From NCBI GenBank assembly GCA_964526565.1, contig CAZGMC010000004.1:15370-39369 (forward strand): DNA of 24,000 bases, given 5' to 3'. Numbering within the stretch: the stretch's first letter is position 1; each line of letters begins with the position of its first letter. This document shows, in pieces, positions 1-8,366 of this stretch. Position numbers and translations under genes: made by a program. The DNA comes from an uncultured Mycobacteriaceae bacterium. Lineage in GTDB: Bacteria; Pseudomonadota; Alphaproteobacteria; DSM-16000; Inquilinaceae. A model generated the notes under the pieces. That model was not told the origin of the DNA. It was given only the letters and a program-made list of their open reading frames with translations, and did not search any database.

Positions 1-57
1 TCTTCCCGCCGCTGTCGGGCGAGGCCCGCGCGACCGCGCTTTAGGGACCCTGCCCGC

Positions 58-309
58 TCAGAACGCCACCGAGTCGCCGTTGGCCAGGAAGACGTGGCTG
101 CCGGTCGCGGCATAGCCCCCGGCGTTCTCCCAGTCCCACGGCACGGCGTACTGGCTGGCCGAGGGGCCGCCAAAGGCCATCATGGTGTCCTTCATGACGG
201 CGTCGTCGAACCAGCCGGTCTCGGTCAGGACGTCGATCTTCAGGCCGCGGCCGGTGCCGATGTCGCTCCGCCCGGCGGGCGCGGGAATGGTGGGCGCGGG
301 CGTATCCAT
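58..309 (-). CDS. small hypothetical protein (83 aa)
   Basis: This is the internal ATG of track ORF 58..435, chosen because AGGGGAGG lies 8 nt upstream on the minus strand. Almost every codon ends in G/C, as in the confident genes here. The product (MDTPAPTIPAPAGRSDIGTGRGLKIDVLTETGWFDD...) matches no family I can name. Confidence 0.55.
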   Translation of the reverse strand: MDTPAPTIPAPAGRSDIGTGRGLKIDVLTETGWFDDAVMKDTMMAFGGPSASQYAVPWDWENAGGYAATGSHVFLANGDSVAF

Positions 310-548
310 GGTATTGGCCTCCCCTGGCGCGCGATTTTGCCGCCAGTGTGACTCCGCCCGCAGGCAACCGGGGCCGCGACAAAGCGTAGCGCCGGGATCC
401 GCGCGATCGTCCCGGTTGCCCGGCATGTACGGCATGGCTGCCCTGCAGTGCGCTCAACAACCTGCAAGAAGACAGCCATTTCCTGCCCTGGTATCCTCTC
501 CTTCCTGTCGGCCGCCGCCGATGCTCCGCCCCGGAGGACCGCCTCCTC

Positions 549-1529
549 ATGACCGTCGAAGCCCGCGCCGCGGAGTCGTCGCTGTCGTGGCTGGCGCACG
601 TCCCGGTGCCGCTGTTCGCGGTCAGCATGGGACTGGGCGGGCTCGGCCTGGCGTGGCGGCGGGCGCATGCCGTGCTTGATTGGCCGGCCGCGGTCGGCGA
701 GGCGATCGTGCTGCTGGCGGCCGTGTGCTTCGCCGCCATTGCGGTGCTGTACGGGCTGAAGGCGCTGCGCTTTCCGGGCGCCGTGCGCGCCGACTTCGCC
801 CACCCGGTGCGGGTCAACTTCTTTCCGGCCGCCTCGATCAGCCTGCTGCTGCTGGCCGCCGGCGTGCTGCCTTATGGCCGCGGCCTGGCGGAGGCGGTGT
901 GGCTGACCGGAACGGTGCTGCAGCTCGTCCTGGCGCTGACCATCTTCGCCCGCTGGATCACCCGCAACGTCGAGATTCATCAGGCCAGCCCGGCCTGGTT
1001 CATCCCGGTCGTCGGCAACATCCTGGTGCCGATCGCCGGCGGGCCGCTGGGCCACATCGAGGTGTCGTGGTTCTTCTTCTATGTCGGGTTGGTGTTCTGG
1101 CTGGTACTGTTCACCATCGTGCTGTACCGGATCATCTTCCACGATCAGATGCCCGGCCGGTTCCTGCCGACCCTGTTCATCCTGATGGCGCCGCCGGCGA
1201 TCGGCTGCGTCGCCTACGGGGCGATCAACGGCGGCGGGCTGGACCCGCTGGTGCGGCTGCTGTTCTTCACGGCGCTGTTCATTGCCCTGCTGCTGGCGGC
1301 CATGGCGCGCCTGTTCGTGCGCCTGCCCTATGCCGTGAGCTGGTGGGCCTACACGTTCCCGTCGGCCTCGCTGGCCGGCGCCGCGCTGCACTACCACGCG
1401 CTGATCGGCGGGTGGGGCAGCACCGTGCTCGCCGTCGTCATCCTGCTGGCGGCGACGGCCATCATCGCGCTGGTCGCCGTTCGCACGGTGGCCGCGCTCG
1501 TTCAGGGACGTTTATTCGTTCCGGAGTAA
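549..1529 (+). CDS. TehA/SLAC1-type (tellurite-resistance/dicarboxylate transporter family) anion channel-like membrane protein
   Basis: The 326-aa product has about 10 hydrophobic segments. Its N-terminal LAHVPVPLFAVSMGLGGLGLAWRRA and the later PAWFIPVVGNILVP and WWAYTFPSASLA stretches are typical of the TehA/SLAC1 family. GGAGGA lies about 10 nt upstream of the ATG. Confidence 0.8.
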   Translation: MTVEARAAESSLSWLAHVPVPLFAVSMGLGGLGLAWRRAHAVLDWPAAVGEAIVLLAAVCFAAIAVLYGLKALRFPGAVRADFAHPVRVNFFPAASISLLLLAAGVLPYGRGLAEAVWLTGTVLQLVLALTIFARWITRNVEIHQASPAWFIPVVGNILVPIAGGPLGHIEVSWFFFYVGLVFWLVLFTIVLYRIIFHDQMPGRFLPTLFILMAPPAIGCVAYGAINGGGLDPLVRLLFFTALFIALLLAAMARLFVRLPYAVSWWAYTFPSASLAGAALHYHALIGGWGSTVLAVVILLAATAIIALVAVRTVAALVQGRLFVPE

Positions 1530-1593
1530 GGTGGGACGCATGCCATCAGCCGGCCGCCGTGCCGCCGGATCGACCCGCCAGGAGCCCGCGACC

Positions 1594-2250
1594 ATGTCGT
1601 TCCCGCAGGCCACTGCGAACATCCTGCTCGAGACCGAGTCCGTTCTGTTCCGCCCGGAGGAACCGTTCCGACTCACCTCCGGCCGCTTGAGTCCGGTCTA
1701 CATCGACTGCCGGCGGCTGATCTCGTACCCGCGGGCCCGCGCCGCACTGATGGACATGGCGGTCGACCTGCTGGCCCGCGACGTGGGCTACGAGGCGTTC
1801 GACGTGATCGCCGGCGGCGAGACGGCCGGCATCCCGTTCGCCGCCTGGATCGCCGAGCGGCTGGTGCTGCCCATGGTCTATGTGCGCAAGCAGGCCAAGC
1901 CGTTCGGCCGGCTGCGGCAGATCGAGGGGTTCCTGGAGGAAGGCGCGCGGTCGCTGCTGGTCGAGGACCTGTGCACCGACGGCCGCTCCAAGCTGGCCTT
2001 CATCCGCGGCCTGCGCGATGCCGGCGCGCAGGTCAACCACTGCTTCGTCGTGTTCAACTACGGCATCTTCCAGGAGGACGTGGCGGCGCTGCGCGGGGAA
2101 GGCGTGCGCCTGCACTGGCTGGCCACCTGGGACGACGTGGTCACCGAGGCGCAACGGTGCGGCTTCTTCGACGACGACACCATCGCCCAGGTCCGCCAGT
2201 ACCTGGCCGACCCGGAAGGCTGGTCGGACAGCCGGCAGGACGGGGCATAG
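1594..2250 (+). CDS. pyrE: orotate phosphoribosyltransferase
   Basis: The product carries the type I PRTase PRPP-binding motif (SLLVEDLCTDGRSK) and LTSGRLSPVYIDCR near the N-terminus, which is typical PyrE. I chose the start at ATG 1594 (MSFPQA...), with GGAG 10 nt upstream, rather than the track start at 1531. Confidence 0.9.
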   Translation: MSFPQATANILLETESVLFRPEEPFRLTSGRLSPVYIDCRRLISYPRARAALMDMAVDLLARDVGYEAFDVIAGGETAGIPFAAWIAERLVLPMVYVRKQAKPFGRLRQIEGFLEEGARSLLVEDLCTDGRSKLAFIRGLRDAGAQVNHCFVVFNYGIFQEDVAALRGEGVRLHWLATWDDVVTEAQRCGFFDDDTIAQVRQYLADPEGWSDSRQDGA

Positions 2251-2529
2251 AGCCTGGCCGCAGGTCGCCGGCCCGCCCACCCGAACGATGAGCAGGGCCT
2301 TTGGCCTTCCTCCGTTTGGGTGGACACCTTTGCCAGGCTCCCTGCGGGAGCGGAAAGGTGACCCATGGCAACGACACGACGGTCCTCCACAGCCACGCAT
2401 TTTCGCATCCACGCCGACCTGGACGCCTGGGAGGGCGATCAGCGCATCTTCTGCCGCAGCTATGACCGGCTGATCCCGCGCGACTGCGTCTGATGACGGA
2501 CCATCCGGAAGGTCGACCGGCTGCCGGCT

Positions 2530-3141
2530 CTACGTCCCGCCGCCGGCCGCAAGGGCGGCGTTTGCGCCGGCCAGCTCCGGCACCTCGTGGGCGCGGCCGT
2601 GCAGTCGGAGCAGTTCTGCCAGGTCCGGATGAGTGCGGGTCACCGCCGCCAGATGGTTGCGCAGCGCCGCCTCCAGCGCGCCGCCGCGGCCGAGCAGCAG
2701 GTCGGCCATGGCCACCATCCGGCTGTTGGGCCAGCTGCGCGGGCGGACCATCTGCAGGGCGGAGAATGCCTCTTCCTCGCGCCCGGCATTGTGCTGAGCC
2801 ATGAGAATGGCCGCCGCCGCCGTGGAGCGCGACACGCCGGCATGGCAGTGCACCAGAAGGTGGATGACCGGCTCGTCGACCAGCCGCTCGCCCAGCGCCA
2901 GCAGGGTCTCGATGTCGGCAATGCCCGGCGGGGCGAAACCGTCGATCTGCTGGACCACGTCATCGAAGCGGTAGGTCACCCGGCTGTGCGGGGGATAGTC
3001 GGCGAACGCCGCCGGGTCCGGCCAGTCCGGGTCGAGGATCGACACGACGTGGCTGACGCCCAGCCCGGCGAACGCGGGCAGCTCGCCAAGGCCGCAGATG
3101 GACAGACGATAAGGCAGCAGGGGCGAAGTCCGAGCGATCAT
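2530..3141 (-). CDS. Cys-based protein-tyrosine-phosphatase-like protein (COG5350-like)
   Basis: The product has the CX5R(S) phosphatase signature HCHAGVSRS. Its N-terminus (LSICGLGELP...VSHVVSIL) resembles the small predicted PTPs common in alphaproteobacteria. The start is moved to ATG 3141 (MIARTSPLL...); the upstream part of track ORF 2530..3306 is Arg/Gly-rich and not protein-like. Confidence 0.75.
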   Translation of the reverse strand: MIARTSPLLPYRLSICGLGELPAFAGLGVSHVVSILDPDWPDPAAFADYPPHSRVTYRFDDVVQQIDGFAPPGIADIETLLALGERLVDEPVIHLLVHCHAGVSRSTAAAAILMAQHNAGREEEAFSALQMVRPRSWPNSRMVAMADLLLGRGGALEAALRNHLAAVTRTHPDLAELLRLHGRAHEVPELAGANAALAAGGGT

Positions 3142-3430
3142 GGGCACCAGGATGATTGCGGGAACTGATGGGCCGTAAGGCGGCCGCCGGCGCGGCAGGC
3201 GCGCCCTGCCGCCGTGCAGTAGATGGCGTTCGCCGCCGTCATGACCACCCCCCTGTCGCCTCCGGCCTGCCCGGTTCGACGATCGGCTTGAAAGTGATGC
3301 GGCCACCTGCGATCAAGGCTTCATATTGGGCGCGGACCTTGCGGCGTCTCGATACGGCTGATCTCAGGAAACGCTCAATCCTCACGATTGTCGTCGAACC
3401 GGGCCTGCTGGCCACACACGGAAGATCGCC

Positions 3431-6400
3431 ATGAACGACGCACCGGAAAGGGTCTCCCACGTTGTCGGCATCGGCGCCTCCGCCGGCGGCATTGCCGCCG
3501 TTGGTACCTTTTTGGACAACACGCCCGCCGACAGCGGCCTGGCCTTCGTCGTCATCATGCATCTCGACCCGTCGCGGGAGAGCCACCTGCGCGACCTGTT
3601 CGCGCGGCATACCGAGATGCCGGTGGTCGATGCCGAGGATGGCATGCCGGTGCTGGCCAACCGGGTCCACATCCTGCCGCCCAACGCCAAGCTGCGCCTG
3701 ATCGACAGCCATTTCCGCCTGGAGGCACTGGACCAGCCGCGCGCCGAGCGGCGGCCGGTCGACTATTTCTTCACGTCGCTGGCCGGGGAATACGGCGACC
3801 ACGCCATGTGCGTGATCCTGTCGGGTACCGGCAGCAATGGCTCGGCCGGCCTGAAGCGGGTCAAGATCGCCGGCGGCCTCGCCGTTGTCCAGGATCCGGG
3901 CACAGCCCAGTACAGCGGCATGCCGCACAATGCCATCGCCACGGGCGTGGTGGACCTCGTCCTGCCGGCGGACCGGATTCCGCAAGCCCTGGTCCACTAT
4001 CTCCGTCATCCACACGCCTTGCGGCCGGCCAGGGAGGATGTCGAGGACCGGGAGGCCGAGCCTGATCGGGACTTCCATTCCATCCTGACGCTGCTGCGGA
4101 CCCGCACCGGACAGGAGTTCCGCTGCTACAGGCGCAAGACGCTGCTCAGGCGCATCTGCCGGCGGATGGGCCTGCGCCAGGTGGACGGCCTGGGCCGCTA
4201 TGCCGCCCTGCTGCGCGAGGACCAGCGCGAGGTCACCGCTCTGGCCCGCGACCTGCTGATCAACGTCACCAGCTTCTTCCGCGACCCCGAGGCATGGCAG
4301 GTCCTTGCCGAACGGGCCATCGATCCGCTCATCGCCGAGCATCGCGGCGATGAGTCTCTGCGCATCTGGGTGCCCGGCTGCGCCACCGGCGAGGAGGCCT
4401 ATTCGCTGGCCATGCTGTTCAGCGAGCGGGCCGACGCCGCACAGAAACGGACCGAATTCACGATCTTCGCCAGCGATGCCACCGAGGATGCCGTGGCCAT
4501 CGGCCGCGACGGCGTCTACCCGGCCAGCATGATCGAGGAGCTGGAGCCGGAGCGCATCAAGCGGTTCTTCGACCGCGAGGACGACATCTTCCGGGTGCGC
4601 AAGGAGTTGCGCGATGCCGTCATCTTTGCCCCGCAGAACGTGCTGCAGGATCCGCCGTTCTCGCGGCTGGACCTGATCAGTTGCCGCAACCTGTTGATCT
4701 ATCTGGAGCCCGACGTCCAGCGCAAGGTCATCTCGCTGTTCCACTTCGCGCTGCGCCAGGGCGGCTACCTGTTCCTCGGCAATGCCGAGACCGCGGCCGG
4801 CCAGGACGACCTGTTCGAGACGCTGTCGAAGACGTGGCGCATCTACCGGCGGATGGGGCCGACGCGTCACGAGCTCATCGACTTTCCCATCATCCGGCAC
4901 GACGGCCGCGACGACCACGACGGCCACGAACACGGGGCGCCGCGTCAATCCGGTCAGCCAATGCCGGAGCCGGCGGCGCTGGGGCGGGCGGCGGACATTG
5001 CCCGGCGCGCCCTGCTGGACCGCTATGCGCCGCCGTCGGTGCTGGTCGACCGCCGCCTCAGGGTTGTCCATTTCTATGGCGCAACGGAACAGTTTCTGCG
5101 ACAGCCCGGCGGCGAGCCGACCACCGACCTGATGGCGCTGCTGCGCGACGGCCCGCAGGCCAGGGTGCGGAGTGCGGCCCAGGATGCGCTGGCCGGCAGC
5201 CATCCGGTCACGGTCGAGGCCTGGTACAGGCATGACGGCGGCTTCTGTCCAGTCCAGGTGACGGCGGCGCCGCTGCGGCTGCCCGGTGACCTGGATACAG
5301 CTCTTCTGATCAGCTTTGCCAAGCCCGCCGGCGCCGAGGCGCCGCCCGCCGCAGCGCCGCCGACCGAAGGACATCGCGCCACAGAAGAGCAGCTCGAGCA
5401 GGAACTGCGCGCAGTCCGCGACGAGCTGCGCATGACCATCGAGCAGATGGAGAGCTCGAACGAGGAGCTGAAGGCCTCCAACGAGGAAATCATGTCGATG
5501 AACGAGGAGCTCCAGTCGGCCAACGAGGAGCTGGAGACCTCGAAGGAGGAGCTGCAGTCGCTCAACGAGGAGCTCAACACGGTCAACGCCCAGCTCCAGA
5601 ACAAGGTGCACGAGCTGGAAGGCCGGACCAACGACCTGAACAACCTGCTCAACAGCACCGACATCGCGACGCTGTTCCTGGACCAGGGCATGTGCATCCG
5701 CTGGTTCACGCCAGGCATCAAGGACCTGCTCGACCTGATGCCCTCGGATGTCGGCCGTCCCATCTCACACTTCGCACAGAAGTTCACCGATGGCAGCTTC
5801 GAGGATGACGCGGCCGCAGTGCTGCGCACCCTGGTGCCGCGCAGCGGCGAGGTGGCGAGCGACGACGGCCACTGGTACATCCGGCGGTTCATGCCCTACC
5901 GCACCGAGGACAACCGCATTGACGGGGTGGTCGTCACCTTCACGGACATCACGGAAAGCAAGCAAAGCGAACAGCAGATCGCCCGGGCCAGGGAGTTTGC
6001 GGAATCGATCGTCGACACGCTGCACCAGCCGCTCGTCGTCTTCGACGACAGACTGCGAGTTCTTTCCGCCAATGAGACATTCTACAGAGACTTCCAGGTG
6101 TCACGGGATGATACGGAAGGTAAATTTATTTACGATCTTGGAAACGGTCAATGGAATATTCCGGATCTGCGCCACGTTCTTGAGGACATCCTGCCGAAGC
6201 AGCGGATCGTCAGGAATTTCGAGGTCGAGCACGACTTCGACTCCATCGGCCGGCGCGTCATGCTGCTGAATGCCCGCCGGCTCGACCACATGCCGCAGAT
6301 CCTGATCGCCATCGACGACATCACCGCTCGCAAGCAGGCCGAGGAGCGGCTGCACAGGGTTCTGGAGACGGACGCCGTCGGGATCTTGTTTTTCGACGAG

Positions 6401-7663
6401 TCGGGAACCCTCATCGATGCCAATGACGTGTTCTATCGCATGACTGGTTATGCGCGCACCGAGGTGGAGGCCCGCGCCCTGACGTGGCGCATGATGACGC
6501 CGCCGGAGTGGGTCGAGGCCAGCGAACAGGAATTGGCCAGGCTGGCGCTCACGGGCCGCATAGGGCCTTACGAGAAGGAGTATTTCAGAAAGGACGGCTC
6601 GCGCCTCTGGATGCTGTTCGCCGGGCGCAGCCTCGGCGATGGCACCGTTGTCGAATACTGCATCGACGTGACCGACCGGAAGCGCATGGAGGAGGCGCTG
6701 CGGGAAAGCGAGGAACGGTACCGGTTCCTGTTCAATGCGATTGACGAGGGGTTCTGCACCATTGAAATGATCTTTGACGAAAGCGGCCGACCGGTCGATT
6801 ATCGCTTTCTGAGTGTGAATGAATCATTCGAGCGCCAGACCGGCCTCAAGGATGCTGTGAACAGGACCATGCGCTCGCTGACGCCAAAACACGAGGAGCA
6901 CTGGTTCGAGATTTTTGGCCGGATTGCCATGACAGGCGAGGCGGAGCGCTTCGAGAAGCCGGCCGCGGAACTTGGTCGTTACTATGAGGTCTATGCCTTC
7001 AGGGTCGGCAATACTGAAGAACGGAAGGTCGGCATCATCTTCAAGGACGCGAGCGAGCGCAAGCGGGCCGAGGAGCGGCAGGCGCTGCTGGTGCGCGAGC
7101 TCAACCACCGGGTCAAGAACATGCTCGCCTCGGTGCAGTCGATCGCCGCGCAGACGTTGCGCCGCAGCGAGTCGCTGGAGGGCTTCGGCAAGGCCTTCTT
7201 CGGCCGCATGGAGGCGCTGGCCCACTGCCACGACCTGCTGGTCCAGAGCAACTGGCGGGGTGCCAATGTCAGCCGCCTGCTGCGCGAGACCCTGAAGCCG
7301 CACTTCCGCGACGGCCACGACCGCATCACCGACGACTGCGCCGATTTCACCCTGCCGCCCTCTTCAGCCCTGGTCGTGACCCTGATCCTGCACGAGCTGG
7401 CGACGAACGCGGCCAAGTACGGGGCGCTGTCCACTGCCGACGGCCGCATCGAGGTGGATTGCCGCCGCGTCGACGATTCGGGCGCCCCCAGGATTCACTT
7501 TGTCTGGGTCGAGCACGATGGTCCCCAGATCGCCCCGCCGACCCACAAGGGCTTCGGCCGCACCCTGATCGAGCGCAGCGTGCAATACGAGCTGGATGGC
7601 GAGGTGGACCTCGACTTCCGCAGCGAGGGGCTATGCTGTAAGGTGACCTTTCCCGCGCCGTAG
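3431..7663 (+). CDS. multidomain sensor: CheB-like methylesterase + CheR-like SAM methyltransferase + coiled coil + PAS repeats + HWE/HisKA_2 histidine kinase
   Basis: The 1410-aa product shows each domain by motif. The N-terminus has CheB-type motifs (VVGIGASAGG, ILSGTGSNG). The CheR-type region has VTSFFRD, IWVPGCATGEEAYSLA and DLISCRNLLIYL. A heptad NEEL coiled coil follows, then several PAS-like blocks. The C-terminus has the kinase motifs ELNHRVKNMLA (phospho-His box) and GFGRTLIE. Confidence 0.9.
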   Translation: MNDAPERVSHVVGIGASAGGIAAVGTFLDNTPADSGLAFVVIMHLDPSRESHLRDLFARHTEMPVVDAEDGMPVLANRVHILPPNAKLRLIDSHFRLEALDQPRAERRPVDYFFTSLAGEYGDHAMCVILSGTGSNGSAGLKRVKIAGGLAVVQDPGTAQYSGMPHNAIATGVVDLVLPADRIPQALVHYLRHPHALRPAREDVEDREAEPDRDFHSILTLLRTRTGQEFRCYRRKTLLRRICRRMGLRQVDGLGRYAALLREDQREVTALARDLLINVTSFFRDPEAWQVLAERAIDPLIAEHRGDESLRIWVPGCATGEEAYSLAMLFSERADAAQKRTEFTIFASDATEDAVAIGRDGVYPASMIEELEPERIKRFFDREDDIFRVRKELRDAVIFAPQNVLQDPPFSRLDLISCRNLLIYLEPDVQRKVISLFHFALRQGGYLFLGNAETAAGQDDLFETLSKTWRIYRRMGPTRHELIDFPIIRHDGRDDHDGHEHGAPRQSGQPMPEPAALGRAADIARRALLDRYAPPSVLVDRRLRVVHFYGATEQFLRQPGGEPTTDLMALLRDGPQARVRSAAQDALAGSHPVTVEAWYRHDGGFCPVQVTAAPLRLPGDLDTALLISFAKPAGAEAPPAAAPPTEGHRATEEQLEQELRAVRDELRMTIEQMESSNEELKASNEEIMSMNEELQSANEELETSKEELQSLNEELNTVNAQLQNKVHELEGRTNDLNNLLNSTDIATLFLDQGMCIRWFTPGIKDLLDLMPSDVGRPISHFAQKFTDGSFEDDAAAVLRTLVPRSGEVASDDGHWYIRRFMPYRTEDNRIDGVVVTFTDITESKQSEQQIARAREFAESIVDTLHQPLVVFDDRLRVLSANETFYRDFQVSRDDTEGKFIYDLGNGQWNIPDLRHVLEDILPKQRIVRNFEVEHDFDSIGRRVMLLNARRLDHMPQILIAIDDITARKQAEERLHRVLETDAVGILFFDESGTLIDANDVFYRMTGYARTEVEARALTWRMMTPPEWVEASEQELARLALTGRIGPYEKEYFRKDGSRLWMLFAGRSLGDGTVVEYCIDVTDRKRMEEALRESEERYRFLFNAIDEGFCTIEMIFDESGRPVDYRFLSVNESFERQTGLKDAVNRTMRSLTPKHEEHWFEIFGRIAMTGEAERFEKPAAELGRYYEVYAFRVGNTEERKVGIIFKDASERKRAEERQALLVRELNHRVKNMLASVQSIAAQTLRRSESLEGFGKAFFGRMEALAHCHDLLVQSNWRGANVSRLLRETLKPHFRDGHDRITDDCADFTLPPSSALVVTLILHELATNAAKYGALSTADGRIEVDCRRVDDSGAPRIHFVWVEHDGPQIAPPTHKGFGRTLIERSVQYELDGEVDLDFRSEGLCCKVTFPAP

Positions 7664-7708
7664 AACCGATGCGCCGCGTATGCAGCAACGCAGGAGCTGA
7701 GCACCAGC

Positions 7709-8101
7709 ATGCCTATGCATTCAGTAGACGGACTGTCCGGCCTGCGAATCCTGCTTGTGGAAGACGAATACCTGTCGGCAATGGCGATCGAGGCGCTCCT
7801 GCTCGACCTGGGCTGCGAGATCGTCGGTCCGGCAGGCTCGGTCGATCAGGCCCTGGAGGCGCTGCGCGAGGCGACCATCGACGGCGTCCTGCTGGATCTC
7901 AATCTCCGCGGCGAACGCTCCGATCCGGTGGCCGCGGCGCTCATGGACCGCGGCATCCCGTTCATCGTGCTGAGCGGCTATGCCTCCGGCTTCCAACGCC
8001 TGGACGGCTTCGGCACCATGCCCCAATTGCGCAAGCCGGTCCCGGCCGCCCCCCTGATCGACGCCATGCAGCAGACCTTCCTGGCCACCGCCACCGACTG
8101 A
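7709..8101 (+). CDS. single-domain response regulator (REC only)
   Basis: The 130-aa product has LRILLVEDE acidic residues, the phospho-acceptor context VLLDLNL, and a conserved LRKP lysine. It lies 45 nt downstream of the kinase gene on the same strand. Confidence 0.9.
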   Translation: MPMHSVDGLSGLRILLVEDEYLSAMAIEALLLDLGCEIVGPAGSVDQALEALREATIDGVLLDLNLRGERSDPVAAALMDRGIPFIVLSGYASGFQRLDGFGTMPQLRKPVPAAPLIDAMQQTFLATATD

Positions 8102-8123
8102 TCCGGGGCGGGGCGGCCCCGCC

Positions 8124-8366
8124 TCACGGCCTCAAATCGATCGCGTAGCTCTCGATGACCGGGTTGGCGAGGAGCTTGCGGCACATCTCCTCCACCCGGG
8201 CGCGGGCGGTCTCAATGTCGGTCTCGTCCAGGTCCAGCTCGATCAGCTTGCCCTGGCGGACGCCGCCGACGCCGTCGAAGCCGAGCTGCACCAGGGCGTG
8301 GCCGATGGCCTGGCCCTGGGGGTCGAGCACGCCGGGCTTCAGGGTGATCTCCACGCGCGCCTTCAT
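8124..8366 (-). CDS. purS: phosphoribosylformylglycinamidine synthase subunit PurS
   Basis: The 80-aa product ([25 protein letters not shown]...) is a typical PurS. Its start overlaps the purC stop (ATGA overlap at 8363-8366). Confidence 0.9.
   Translation of the reverse strand: MKARVEITLKPGVLDPQGQAIGHALVQLGFDGVGGVRQGKLIELDLDETDIETARARVEEMCRKLLANPVIESYAIDLRP

Noticed and set aside
58-309. The 83-aa protein as a truncated N-terminal fragment of an MBL-fold hydrolase (LKIDVLTETGWFDD resembles the first beta-strand region of some family members).
   Set aside because: The resemblance is weak and from memory only. No HxHxDH motif is present, and only 57 nt remain downstream before the window edge, so a pseudogene call cannot be supported.
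3156-3434. 92-aa plus-strand ORF filling the phosphatase/kinase divergent intergenic region.
   Set aside because: It has mixed codon third positions, no SD and no motif, and it ends overlapping the kinase start. It is more plausibly promoter or UTR sequence. The region does contain a GGCAGG-CGCGC-CCTGCC hairpin at about 3204-3220, whose role is unknown.
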